DNA of 64,000 nt from the human T2T-CHM13v2.0 reference genome, Homo sapiens: NCBI RefSeq assembly GCF_009914755.1, contig NC_060931.1. One strand, 5' to 3'. Each line of letters begins with the position of its first letter. Position 1 is the stretch's first letter. This document shows, piece by piece, positions 18,389 through 37,173 of this stretch. Under the pieces are notes generated by a model, which worked only from the letters and a program-made list of their open reading frames with translations, did no database searches and had not been told where the DNA came from. A program made the position numbers and the translations under genes.

Positions 18389-20043
18389 ACTTGGATTTTC
18401 CCTATGCCAGGTAAGGGTTTGACATTGTGAGCCCCGGTGGGTGCTTGCATTAGGGTTTTGTTGTTGTTGTTTAAGGAGCCTGAGCCGAGGGGAGTGTGAG
18501 TGCCAGCTAGCTGCTGTAACTTAAGTCTCATTTGCCCACCATTGTGACTGTTAAAAAGGAATGATAAAGTTGTTACTGGTTGGTTTTTCGCGGTTTGGGG
18601 CGGTGGTGGCTCTCCCTCACTGCAAAATGAATGAATACTTTTCGGGTCAAGGTTAGCGTGAAAATGACAGCCCCCTTAGGCTGCCCCCTTTGGCACTGAG
18701 CTCTAGGGACACAGGGAAATAATTCCAGCCTGTTATCTGCCTGTGAAAAGTTCTTGCTTGGAAATCTCACTTTGATGTGTGTGTCTGAGCCGGGTGCTCA
18801 GTCCGGCTATTGTTTGCGAGATGGAGCCAGACCTGCCGGTGGCATCTTGTTTACTTTCGTCTCCGGCTGCTCAGTAGGGGATGGAGATTTGAAATAGTCG
18901 CCAAGCCTCTGCCACGGAGCCTGTGCTCCCCGTTGATTGCAAAGGGTAATGATTAAACAGGTCATTTGAAAACAAAAGCCAACAGCTCGGATTCTGAACC
19001 GCGCCCCCACCCCTCACACAAAGCCCCCTCTGGCTATTGACACCTTCAGATCCTGCTTCTGCCTGCCCTCTGCCCCCCACTCCCTAGCCGGGCTTGACGT
19101 TCCAAAGCTTGGAGGTAACAGAACAGCCTTGTTTTTCCTAGCCTTGGCCCTCAGCCCTGGGCAGCCCCCTGGCTGATTTCTCGGCCACCATTCAAATGAG
19201 AATGATGACTCAGGCTGCGGCTGTGCACAGGGCCTGGGTGCTGGAAGCGGGGGGCATTTGGGGGCTTCTTAGAAAGGCAGCAAAGGGCAGGGTCCCTCAG
19301 CCCCTTTCCCTTGGTGGAGAGACTGGCCTTCTTCCAGCCCCCAACTCAGGATCCCCTTTGGGTACTCATGGATAGGCGTGTCTCTGGGGTCAAGCCCCCC
19401 TGCTGGCCTCTGGGAACACAAGAAGACCTGTCCCTCAGTGGGTCCCCCTTCCTCCCTCCTGCAGAAAGCAGCCTGTCCTGTCCCAGGCCCAGGTGACCCA
19501 GCTGACTAGTCCAGTTTCAAGATGACTCAGAGGCCAAAGGCCATCGCTGTGTTTCCATGGTCCGGCCTCAGAAGGTGCGGAACATTCGTCAAATGCCTGA
19601 GGACCTGCCACCCCATGCACTCTGAGCCCAGATCATGGCTTCAGGTCATGTGTGACCACAGCCCCCTGCCTGCCTGGCTGAGGCGAAGTCTGTCTCCTCT
19701 GGCTCACACTTCGTCCGTCTGTAAAATAGAGATAGCACTATTTGGCCCCCTCATGGACACAGAACTGCTGTGTGGATGGTGTGGGACGATTGTGGGAAAT
19801 GGCTTTTTAGCAAGTGTTAATGGGTTGCAGCCTGCCGACATAGCATTTAAACTGTTTTCAATAATCAGCCATCCAGGTAGAACCCCTTAGATTGTTCCTG
19901 CAATACCTGCCCCTAGGTGGTGACCCATAGCTCTGTCACCTCCCTCTCCAAAACCTAAGTTTAGCCCAGACTAGCACAGCATGCCCTGAGGGTCCCTGTG
20001 CCACCTGTTTACTTTTTTTTTTTTTTTTTTTTTTTGAGACTGA

Positions 20044-20226
<183 letters not shown>

Positions 20227-20386
20227 TGAACTCCCGACCTCAGGTGATCCACTGGCCTCGACCTCCCAAAGTGCTGGGATTACAGGCGTGAGCCACCGCG
20301 CCCGGCCCGTTTACAGTTTTGTCAGTCACTCTATAGCATCAAATCATTGACATGGCATTCGAGGCCCTTTGGGATCTAGATCCTGA

Positions 20387-20563
<177 letters not shown>

Positions 20564-21018
20564 TGAATCCTCATCTTTAGCCCTCCCCCAGCAAATACAC
20601 AATTTCCCTTATTGTTCCCTACATACCTCTGTGCCTTTGTATCTACCTCTCTTCCATTTGCCTGGAATATTCTCCCCCACCCACCCCTAGTAAATTCCTA
20701 TTCAGTCCTCAAGAGCTAATGATAGCGCTAATGATAGCATGCTGAAACCTTCCTGAACTTTTCCCTCCGCTCCTTAGCAGGCTTAAGTCACTTCTCTCTC
20801 GTGGAGTGGAGTTGTGGAAAGGGAATGGCATTAGGAAACATTCACTCTGTGTTGGGGTGTGGCTGGGTCCAAGGGATGCAGAGATACCTTGCCCCTTCCT
20901 CTGCCAAGCCCTAGAGCCTGGTGGAAGAGAAAGAAAGAGGCCATCATTCTACAGCAGGGTGGAGTCAGGGAAGGGCTGGTCTAGCAGGGTACCTAGAACG
21001 CCGGGTGCCTACCTGTAG

Positions 21019-21210
<192 letters not shown>

Positions 21211-21690
21211 TAAATTTCTTGTAGCGATGGGGGTCTCACTGTGTTGCCCGGGCTGGCCTTGAACTCCTGGCCTCACATGATCCTCCCACCTCAGCCTGTC
21301 AGAGGTGCGTGCGGACATAACATTTAAACTGTTACAGGCATGAGCTTACAGGCATGAGCCATTGGCCCTTAGGGCTTTTGAAGTAGGAAAGCCAGTGGCT
21401 CACATTTGGAGTTAACTAGTTGGAAGAGAGGATCTAGACCCCAGGACCCCCAGGTACGTTCTGTGTATTAGGTATTAAACCTGCTTTGCAAACCAGGAAG
21501 CTGGGGTTCAAAGATTAAGTGACTTGCTCAAGGTCAGGCAAGAAGTGATAGATCCGGGATTTAAATGTGCCAATCTGCACCTTTCTGGCACAAGCTCTGA
21601 GATTTTGCTATTGCAGGTTGCAAGAGATGCCCCCATTGAATGGTTATGTCCAGCCCTTCTGTCTACAGCACAGTGTTCTGAAAGGCTTAG

Positions 21691-21858
<168 letters not shown>

Positions 21859-22976
21859 TGATCTGCTACCAGAGCTGTTTTCTTCTCCCAGGGATACTTG
21901 GTCCTTATCACTCCCATCTAGACGGTTACTTCCTTTTTTTTTTGAAACGGAGTCTTGCTCTGTCACCCAGGCTGGAGTGCAGTGGTGTGTTCTCAGCTCC
22001 CTGCAACCTCCACCCCAAGAAGCTGGGATCACAGGCGTGCGCCACCACGCCCGGTAAATTTTTGTATGTTTAGTAAAGACTGGGTTTCGCCATGTTTGCC
22101 AGGCTGGTGTCGAACTCCTGACCTCAAGTGATCCACCCACCTCGGCCTCCCAAAATGCTGGGATTACAGGCGAGAGCCACCGCGACCTGCTTAGACATTC
22201 TACTTCGTTAGAGCCTTAGAGCCTATCTCAGATACTTTCTTCCGGGCACCTTGCGTATTTCTCAACTTTTGCCGATAACAACATGTTATTGGCTTGTCTT
22301 TTTCTCTTACCTAGATTATCAACCTTCAAGTTTTTTGTGCATGATTTGATCCACCCCTTCCCACCACATCACCACAGTACCTACCAGTGGTGATGAGAGC
22401 TACCGTTGACTTTGCCATATTTTGCAGAGCGGTGAAGACACTAGCTTTGGAGAAGTACAATGGCAAGGTCGCACAGCTGGAAAGAAACAGAATTGGGATT
22501 TGAACTAGGTCCCGTCTCCGCTGCGTGTAGCACCCTGCTTTGTAGGCACTTAGTAAACGTCTGTTTGATGGATTTCTGACCATCAGAGTGACCCAGATTT
22601 CAACCCAAGTATTTGCCAGAGTCTCATAGGAGTGCCCTGGGGCTGGAAGATATGTCGTTGTAGAAGGCAGGATCACACCTGCTAGAAGCAGAGCCCAGCG
22701 ACCCTGTCCCGGGTCTGCTGAACCAGGCCTCTGCCCAGGACCTTTGGAGGAGCATCTGGGTGTGGCTGGACTAGGCGAGGAATGTGCTTACTTATTCTCA
22801 GCATAAAGCCAGAAGGCAAGACCCTGGGTAGGTCTGTCCGATGAGCTTCCCTTGTCCTCTGTGGTAACCCTGAGGCTCTGTGACCTAGCTGAGGGCCCTC
22901 TGTGGCCCACCTCACCTTGTCTCTCCAGCCTCACCTCGAAGCTTCCAGCCACACCCTAGCGTGCCTCCAGCCTTCA

Positions 22977-23324
<348 letters not shown>

Positions 23325-23440
23325 TCACTTGAGCCCGGGAATTTGAGGCTGCAGTGAGCTATGATGGTGCCACTGCACTCCAGCCTGAGCGACAGAGACC
23401 CTGTCTCTGAAAAATAATAAAAAAAGAAGAAGAAATGTAA

Positions 23441-23647
<207 letters not shown>

Positions 23648-24404
23648 TAGTAGAGACGGGGTTTAGCCGTGTTACTCAGGCTGGTCTCGAACTCCTGACC
23701 TCAGGTAATCCTCCCTCCTTGGCCTCCGAGAGTGCTGAGATAACGGGCGTGAACCACTGCGCCCAGCCAGCAAGGATGCTTTGAGCTACAAACAACAGAA
23801 AGCCAGGACATAACCAATAAGAAGTTTGAACTTTGTGTGATCAGAGTTTATGGGTTGGGCTGCCCCAGGCTTGGATAACTTAAAGGCTTGATGAGGTCAT
23901 CAATTTATGCTTGGCTACCCATGGCACAGAAGCATAGCCCCACTGTGATGGCTGGGGTGGCTCCGGGCATCCTGGGCAGTCAGGAGGAAACTCCATGAAG
24001 GAAGGAGCTAACCTTTCTGGGGGTACCCCTATCCCAGCACAGACTTCCTCATCTCATTGGTCAGAACTGGGTCACATGAACATGCCTCAGCCTATCACAG
24101 GCACAGGGAATGAGACCATCATGGACCAATCAGGATTCACCACTCAAGGTGGGGCCTGCCATCCGGATGGATGCTCTCCGCCACAGGGAGGTGGGGGACC
24201 CAGAAGCTGTGGGCAATGGCCATGTGCACAGTAGGACTGAGGCACTCAGTCCCGTAGCTGACCTACCTGGGACAGGCCTGGAGGCTGACTTAGGTGTGAG
24301 GGGCAGAGAGATTACTGTGCACAGACCGCTGTGTGACCCCAGATCTAGGTGGGATCCCGGTGTGCCCCATCTGCCTGGCTTACCCCAACCCCTCTGGAAC
24401 CTGA

Positions 24405-24677
<273 letters not shown>

Positions 24678-24996
24678 TGAACTCCTGGCCTCAAGCAATC
24701 CTCTCACCTCGGCCTCCCAAAGTGCTAGGATTACAGGTGTGAGCTACCATGCCTGGCTAATTTTTGTATTTTTAGTAGAGATGGGGTTTCAACATGTTGG
24801 CCAGGCTGGTCTCGAACTCCTGACCTCAGACGCTCCACCTGCCTTGGCCTCCCCAAAGTGCTGAGATTACAGGTGTGAGCCACCATGCTCAGCCAAGCAG
24901 CACTCTCCTTTTTGCCCATGAAATGCTGTTATCTTTAAATTCCATTCTAGAAAGTCCATTGGATTGGCAAAAACTACACAGGCAAGTATGCAGTAA

Positions 24997-25490
<494 letters not shown>

Positions 25491-25751
25491 TAAAATTGCA
25501 AAAAGTCCATGCAGAGCCCTCATTCCTCGCAACACATTGGGCTGAGGCCACTGTCTAATTGCAGTTTAGGGAAAGACAGGCTATCCCAAGGGAGTTAGAG
25601 CCCTGGGACACCTGGGCTGGAATCCCAGCACTGCTCATCCTGGCTGTGTGACCTTGGGCAAGTTGCTTGACCTCTCTGTGCTATGTTTCTTACCTGTAAA
25701 ACAGAGATGATGATCATGCCTGTAACGTAAGTGGTTGTGAGGGCTTGATGA

Positions 25752-26061
<310 letters not shown>

Positions 26062-28144
26062 TAACTGGGAAGGCCCTGGGGCCACTGGCCAGCACCAGTT
26101 TGTGAGGGCAGAGCCAGAAAAGCCCAGGCTTAGAAGACTACACACACACATAATCGCATCCTGATTCTGGAAAGTGGAGATGCTGTCACTGCTCTCGCAG
26201 AATTAAGCCAAGGACCTCACCTGTCATTTAGGTGTCAGGCCTCTGGCAGGGGCAGCCAAAATGCTCTAGGACCACAGAGCTGCAAGCCAGTAAGGCTTCC
26301 TAGAGGAGGCAGCACCATCTGAGCCAAGAATGGGGTGATGGCTGGCATGAGAAAATGTCAGGAGGTGCTGGGGTTAAAGCAAGATGAGCAAGCAGGGAAC
26401 AGGAGTGGGTGGCTACAGATGGATCAGGGGAGGGGTATAGGTGAAGAGGGTACGGGGTGAGCCCCAGAGCCTTGCGTGTGCCCACTCAGGACAGCCATAG
26501 TCTGCTGCTGCCCAGAGAAAGGGGCTGGCTCAACCCTAGCTCCCAAATCTTTTTCCTATGCCTTTTTCCTTTTTGCTCATCTCTTTCCTGAACTATCCAG
26601 ATATCTTCCTGCCTCCTGCCTCCTGCTTCTAGGGCGGCTCAAATGCTCATTGCTGCCCCATCCCTCTGGGCTGGAGGAGCAAACGCCTGGAGGCTGAAAG
26701 AGTAAGTTGTCTGCAGGGAACAAGCCACTGTCCTGTGGCGGGTGCAAATTGGTATGCTCTGTTCACTGAGAAACCCCGCAGTGTATACCTGCGGTAGGCA
26801 GGGCCTGATAGGAAGCGCGAAAGGAGTTTCTGTCCCATGGGAGGAAAAGACGTGAGTCCTGTATGTTCTCCAGCAAAGGTAGAGGGTGAGAGGACCAGAG
26901 GCCCACACAGGGGGCATGGCTGGGAGTGCAGGGGCAGGGGGTAGTCTGGGAGGATGGAGGGACACAACTGGAGTGGGTGCTGGGTGGACTTCATGCATTC
27001 CTTCAGAAGCCCTGGCCACATCTCTGCCTTGTTGGTTTTGTTTGTTTTTTGAGACAGGGTCTCACTCTGTCACCCAAGCGGGAATGCAATGGCGTGATCT
27101 CAGCTCACTGCAACCTCTGCTTCCTGGGTTCAAGTGACTCTTGTGCCTCAGCCTCCTGAGTAGCTGGGATTACAGGCGTGCACCACCATGCCTGGCTAAT
27201 TTTGTGTATTTTAATAGAGACGGGGTTTTGCCTTGTTGGCCAGGGTGGTCTCGAACTCCTGACCTCAGGTGATCCACCCACCTTGGCCTTCCAAAGTGCT
27301 GGGATTACAGGCGTGAGCCACCACTCCCGGCCTGAATCTTTCTTGATCAGATGTCTTCTGTCTATCCACTCTGGCTCTGTCTACTCCCTTCCCAACACAT
27401 GCCCTATTTTAGGTAACCATGGTAGTTTTGTTTTGTTTTGTTTTGCTTTTGTTTTTGGAGATGGAGTTACACTCTGTTGCCCAGGATGGAGTGCAGTGGC
27501 ACGATCTCGGCTCACTGCAACCTCTGCCTCCTGGGTTGAAGTGATGCTCCTGCCTCAGCCTCCTGAGTAGCTGGGGTTACAGGTACCACCACCATGCTCA
27601 GCTAATTTTTTGTATTTTTAATTTAGATGGGTTTTCCCAGGTTGGACAGGCTGGTCTTGAACTCCTGACCTCAAGTGATCTGCGCGCCTTGGCCTCCCAA
27701 CGTGCTGGGATTACAGGCATGAGCACTGCGCCTGGCCAACCGTGGTAGTTTTTAGATTTTTTGTACAGAGGGGGTCTCACTCTGTTGTCCATGCCGGTCT
27801 CAAACTCCTGACCTTAAGTGATCCTCCCGTCTTGGTTTCCCAAAGTGCTGGGATTACAGGCATGAGCCACTGCTCCCAGCTGCTGGTGGTTTTAAAAGCT
27901 AGGATTGGCTGGGCGCAGTGGCTCACGCCTGTAAGGTCAGGAGATCGAGACCATCCTGGCTAACACGGTGAAACCCCGTCTCTACTAAAAATAGAAAAAT
28001 TAGCCAGGCGTGGTGGCGGGCGCCTGTATTCCCAGCTACTCAGGAGGCTGAGGCAGGAGAATGGCGTGAAGCCGAGATCGCGCCACTGCATTCCAGCCTG
28101 GGCGACAGAGCCAGACTCCATGTCAAAAAAAAAAAAAAAAAACC

Positions 28145-28596
28145 TGGGATCCCTCCACCCCCCTCTCCTTTAAATGTCTGTCTTGGCTACTTTCTTCTAA
28201 GTCACTAGGAGATGGTAAAAGCAATACCATGAGACTTCCGAGGCTAGGGCACGAAAGGATGGCTTCTGCGTGGTGCTCCCTCTCTCCCAGATCCCTTGCT
28301 CTGTAGGAAACCAACCCCCAAGGCCTGAAGACACCCAAGCAGCCCCATGGAGAGGCCCATATGGAGAGGAACTGAGGCATCCCACCCCCAACCGGCAGCT
28401 CGGGGCTTTGAAAACAGATCCTTCCGCCCCAGGCAAGCCTTCCAATGGATTGCAGCCCCAGCCAATGCCTTGAACTGCCAAGTTCAGCCACACCTAAATT
28501 CCTAACCCATAGGAACTGTGAGAGATAATAAAAGTTTGTTGTTGTTTCAAGCCACTAAGATCTGGGGTAATTTGTTATGTAGCAACAGATAAGGAA
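28145..28596 (+). mobile_element. MLT1-family MaLR LTR
   Basis: Typical MLT1 3' end: GATAATAAAAGTTTGTTGTTGTTTCAAGCCACTAAG..GGGGTAATTTGTTATGTAGCAA. Confidence 0.7.
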
Positions 28597-28664
28597 TGAA
28601 ATGACCCTGCCATTTATCATTGAGATGGGAATAAACTTTTTTTAGAATAGCAGGAAGTACTTTA

Positions 28665-29270
<606 letters not shown>

Positions 29271-29317
29271 TCAGTGTGCAGGATGAGAGGGCTGGTCCTG
29301 ATCCCCTTCTGTCCTCA

Positions 29318-29679
<362 letters not shown>

Positions 29680-29871
29680 TCAAAAAAAAAAAACAAAAAA
29701 ACACCTTGTAAAAGGTTTAATTGGTCTCTCTTCTGAGCCTGCACACGGCTGGAAAGGTTTTCTCTTATAACAGATCTGCAGTATGAGAAACCAGCCCAGT
29801 TGCATCCGTTCTGGGCCAGTGGGATTCTGGGTGTCCAAGGTCCCTGTGGGCCATCTACGGTGCTAAATTGA

Positions 29872-30060
<189 letters not shown>

Positions 30061-30304
30061 TAGTAGAGACAGAGTTTCACTGTGTGAGCCAGGATGGTCT
30101 CGATCTCCTGACCTTGTGATCTACCCGCCTCAGCTTCCCGAAGTGCTAGGATTACAGGCATGAGCCACCGCACCTGGCCTGAAAAAAATTCTTGAGACAG
30201 GGTCTCACTGTGTCACCCAAGCTGGAGTGCAGTGATGCAATCTCAGCTCACTCCAGCCTCGATTTCTCAGGCTCCAGCAATCCTCCCTGCCTCAGCCCCA
30301 CTGA

Positions 30305-30496
<192 letters not shown>

Positions 30497-30582
30497 TAGG
30501 TGCCATATTCTCAGGCTTGCCCTCACCATAACACATTGAACATACTCCAACCTCTGAGCTAGATCTCTGCATCTCTGCTTAA

Positions 30583-31390
<808 letters not shown>

Positions 31391-31560
31391 GAGGCCAGGT
31401 GTGGTGGCTCATGCCTGTAATCCCAGCACTTTGGGAGGCTGAGGTGAGTAGATTGGTTGAGCTCACAAGTCGGAGACCAGCCTGGGCAACATGGTGAAAC
31501 CTCATCTCTACAAAATATACAAAATGTAGCTGGGCTTAGTGGCGTGCACCTGTGGTCTTA

Positions 31561-31671
<111 letters not shown>

Positions 31672-31705
31672 TCAAAAAAATAAAAATAAAAATTAATGTT
31701 TAAGA

Positions 31706-31900
31706 TTTTATTTTATTTTAGATTCAAGAGGTACATGTGGATGTTTGTTACATGGATATATGGCATACTGGTAGGGACTGGGCCTCTAGTACGCCCATTA
31801 CCCAAATAGTGAACATTGTACCCGATAAGTAATTTTTTTAACCTTCCTCCCCTTCCCAACCTCCCCTCTATTGGAATCCCCAGTGTCTGATGTTCCCATA
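31706..31900 (-). mobile_element. L1PB-type LINE-1 3' end fragment
   Basis: GGTACATGTGGATGTTTGTTACATGG...CCAAATAGTGAACATTGTACCC matches an antisense L1P 3' end. Confidence 0.7.
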
Positions 31901-32393
31901 TTTTTTTTTTTTTTGAGACGGAGTCTTACTCTATTGCCCAGGCTGGAGTGCAGTGCAATCTCGGCTCAGTACAGCCTCTGCCACCTGGGTTCAAGTGATC
32001 CTCCTGCCTCAGCCTCCCGAGTAGCTGGGACTACAGGCATGTGCCACCACACCCAGCTAATTTTTGTATTTTTTAGTAGAGATGGGGTTTCACCATGTAG
32101 GCCAGGCTGGTCTCAAACTCCTGACCTCAGGTGATTCGCCTGCCTCGGCCTCCCAAAGGGCTGAGATCATACGCGTGAGCCGCTGCTCCCGGCCATGGCA
32201 GATCCTTCTTGAACACCCACTATGCATGAGGCCTCCGCTGGGAGTTCCCATCATTCACCCTCATAGCAGCTCTACAGGAAGGAGCTGTCTGCCCCCAAGT
32301 CACACAGTGGACAACAGCAGTTTGGGGGTCAGCCTTGGCCCCCCCACTCCGAACTCCTCGCCGCCTATGCCCTCCACTCCTTTCCACTGTTAA

Positions 32394-32681
<288 letters not shown>

Positions 32682-34365
32682 TAGTAGCAACAGGGTCTTA
32701 CTATGTTGCCCAGGCCAGTCTCAAACTCTTGAGCTCAGACAATTCTCCTGCCTTGACCTTCCAAAGTGGTAGAATTATAGGCGTAAGCCACCACACCGTG
32801 GCCTGGTTTCATCTTTAAAATAGGGATAAGGTGAGGCATGGTGGCTCACACTTGTAATCCCATCACTTTGGCAGGTCGAAGCGGGAGGATTGCCTGAGCT
32901 CAGGAGTTTGAGATCAGCCTGGACAGCATAGTGAGACCCCATCTCTACCAAAAAATAACTGAAGATAACACTATCAACATCTTGGGTGGTTGTGAGAATT
33001 AAATGGGGAATTTTATGTTAGGGACTTAGTGAGGTGTTGATTACATAGTGAACCTATTATTCACAGAAATTCAATGGATGTTTTGAGGTGCCCTCTACTT
33101 GATGCAAGCCTCAGCGAGGTGGCAGTGGTGGCCTCTGTCCCCATGGCACGGATGGTCTGTTCTGCTTTGGAAGCACTGGAAGGGCACATCTGACAATTGC
33201 AGGATGGCTGGTTTTTATTGGAGGAAGGGAAGCTGTTTATTTGTTTCAGATTGGCTGAGCTGTGGGGATGCGGGAGGCTGGCAGGAGGGGAGGGGTCTAT
33301 AGTAAGGAGACTGGAGAAACTCTGGGGACCAGGCAGGCAGCCCCCTGGTAAGAGCTGCTTCTTGGAACACAAAGAGCCGTTGCGTCCTCCAGCCGGCCTT
33401 GAGGAAGGTGTGACTTCTCTGCTCCCAGCAATGTCTTGGGCACCCTTCTCTGCCCTGCACACCAGCTCTGCCTGCAGGGTGCCTGGACACTCTGGGTGTC
33501 TACTGTGTCCCCATATGGTGCTTGCAAGTCTTCCTCCCAGACTGCCCCCTGCTTCTGTGTCCCCTCCCTGGTGCACAGCACCACATCCAGCCCCCCTCCC
33601 ACCCAGCCCACCCAGGTCCTGCCCACGTGACCCCCAGTCTTTCTCCAGTCGCACCTCCTCTGCACGCTGACCGCCATGTCTTGTCCTCTTTTTCTTTTTT
33701 TTTGAGACAGAGTCTTGCTCTGTCATCCCGGCTGCTGGAGTGCAATGGCGCAATCTTGGCTCACTGCAACCTCCGCCTCCCGTGTTCAAGTGATTCTCCT
33801 GCCTCAGTCCTCCCTGGGACTACAGGGGTACACCACCATGCCTGGCTAATTTTTATATTTTCAGTAGAGTCAGGGTTTCACCATGTTGGCCAGGCTGGTC
33901 TCGAACTCCTAACCTCAGGTGATCCACCCGCCTCGGCCTCCCAAAGTGCTGGGATTACAGGCGTGAGCCACCGTGCCCAGGCTGTGTGCTTCTATTCTAG
34001 CTCCCCGACTCCTGATCCCCTGACTCTGAGGCCTCAGGACGAAGGTCTCATCCCCTCCAGGCAGGCCCTCCTTGGCAGGGCAGCTTCAATTTGTATAGGA
34101 ATCAAATCCATCCTGTTGGGGTTTTACCATGTTCCCCAGGCTGGTCTTGAACTCCTGGGCTCAGACAATTCTCCTACCTTGGCCTCCTAAGGTGCTGGGA
34201 TTACAAGTATGAGCTACCATGCCGGGCCTATTTTTTTTTTAATAATTTTTTTTTTAATGTGGGAGAGTTCAAATGTGAAATCAAGGCCCGGTGCGGTGGC
34301 TCACGCCTATAATCCCAGCACTTTGGGAGGTGGAGGCAAGAGGATCGCTTGAGGCCAGGAATTCA

Positions 34366-34623
<258 letters not shown>

Positions 34624-35118
34624 TTAGAATTTTGGGCCTGCACTGGAATGTGGAACGCTGATAGGGGATGGGGACAGGTGGAGGTGTCAGGGGCGCCCTC
34701 AGACTCTACCCTCCTTCATTGCCTTAGAGGTGAGGCTGGGGAACGACCCTGGGGTAAGGGGTTGCCCGTGCCCACTCCCCTGCATGCAGGAGCTGGATCT
34801 CTGCTTCACTCTTCCCCTTTCCTGATGGGAACTTGCTCCTGCATTTGGCCCCTGGGCCTCTGGGTAACCTGCCCCAGCCACCGAGGGCTTGGCCCCAGGC
34901 GAGTGCATCTGTAAGGGCAGATCCCGCGGCGAATTTCCTGGGTGACTCCTTTGCACACACCCAGGCTGGACTCCCTCCACCCCCTCCCAACTGAGCAATG
35001 CTTTGGGGCTGTTTCGTCCACTAGAGCAGCACAGTCAAGAATGAGGGGGTGTATGGGCTGGGCGTGGTGGCTCACGCCTGTAATCCCAGCACTTTGGGAG
35101 GCTGAGGCAGGCGGATCA

Positions 35119-35424
<306 letters not shown>

Positions 35425-37002
35425 TCAAGCCAGGCCTCTGAGGAGCCCTGGTGGGTAGGGTGCTGGAGGGAGAACTCGAGCTTGCAGGCAGTAAAACGCA
35501 TTTTTTTTTTTTTTTTTTTGGTGGCGGGGACAGAGTCTCACCCTGCCGCCCAGGCTGGAGTGCAGTGGCGCAATCTCAGCTCACTGCAAACTCTTGACTC
35601 CTGGGTTTGAGCGATTCTCCTGCCTCAGCCTCCCGAGTAGCTGGGATTACAGGTGTGCACCACCACACTCAGCTAATTTTGGCGTTTTTAGTAGAGACAG
35701 GGTTTCGCCATGTTGGCCAGGCTGGTCTCAAACTCCTGACCTTGGGTGATCAACCTGCCTCAGCCTCCCAAAGTGCTGGGATTACAGGCGTGAGCCACTA
35801 TGCCTGGCCACATTTCTTTCTTTCTTCTTTTTTTTTTTTTAATCTGTGCTTTTCTCCACCCTCTTCAGACTTTGTTCTAGTCTACAATTTCCCTCCTGCA
35901 GCTTCTCTCTGATGACGTCCCCACCCAGCCCGTCAGTCCAAATTAGCCTGGTTTAACTGCGTTTGTCAGTTTCTGTAGAAGAATGAAGAAGGTGATAGCA
36001 CCCACGTTATAGGGCTGTTCACGGGAGGTTGAAGTGAGATCTTACAGAGAAAGTGCTTAGCAGGTGCCCCAGGTCCAGAGTGTGGGGTTGGCTGGGAGTC
36101 GTGTGCATTTCCTGCCCTGACCCCCTCTGCAAGCTTGGTTCCTGAGTGCTTGAGTGAGGCACACTTGACCTGCTTATGTGATTCCCATGGCACCATGGTG
36201 TGGGGAATGTCTCCCAACAAGACACCTTATCAAGCGCTCTCTCTCCACTCTGCTGTTCCTACCACATATTCCCAGGCAGGTCACCCTACCTTTCTTGTTT
36301 TCTTTTGAAGACAGGGTCTCGCTCGGTCACCCAGGCCAGAGTTCAGTGGCAAAATCATAGCTCACTGCAGCTCCTGGACTCAAGGGATCCTCCTGCCTCA
36401 GCCTCCTGAATAGCTGGGGCCGCAGGTGTGTGCCACCACACCTGGCTAATTTTTACAATATTTTGTAGAGACAGGGTTTCACTTTGTTGCCCAGGCTGGC
36501 CTCAAACTCCTGGCCTCAAACGATCCTCCTGCCTCGGCCTCCAAAAGTGCTGTGATTTCAGACGTGAGCCACCTCACCTGGCCTGACCCGGCCTTTCTGA
36601 GCCTTCAGCCCTCATCTTTGTCTGGGGGCATTCTAAAAACCAAGGAATAGAATACCAGGGTCAGACTCAGACTTTGCGTTCAGTAGGCCATGAATACTTG
36701 GGTTTTCGCTCAGTTTCTGGGGCATTGAGACTGATAGAAGCAACTGACCCCCTTAGCTAAGGCAGGCAGGCAGGTATTGTCACCAAGAGACCCTGGAGAT
36801 CAGGAGAGGTTATTTGGGGTTGGGGATCTCCAAGGAGGGGCAGGGAAGTTAGTACCATCGTCGGGCTGGAAATGGGAAGCGTTTGGCTCGTTGGAAGTGG
36901 TGAGGCTGGGGTGTGGGACCCTCGCCATGTGACCTACGTGGGGTGATCTCAGTAGAAATTGGGACCTGCCAACCATGGTTGCCTGGGAGAGTTGCCTGGG
37001 CA

Positions 37003-37173
37003 CCTGCCTGTGATCCCAACTACTCAGGAGGCTGAGGTGGGAGGATTGCTTGAGCCTAGGAGGTAGAGGTTGCAGTGAGCCAAGATTGCATCACTGAACT
37101 CCAGCCTGGGCAACAGAACAATTCTCTGTCTCAAAAACAAAAACAAAAACAAAAACAAAAAAACAAAAAAAAA
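37003..37173 (+). mobile_element. Truncated, chimeric Alu right arm at the CASTOR/GTF2I junction
   Basis: Begins abruptly mid-element and ends in an (AAAAAC)n tail; GC-rich sequence to the left, AT-rich GTF2I intron to the right. Confidence 0.85.
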
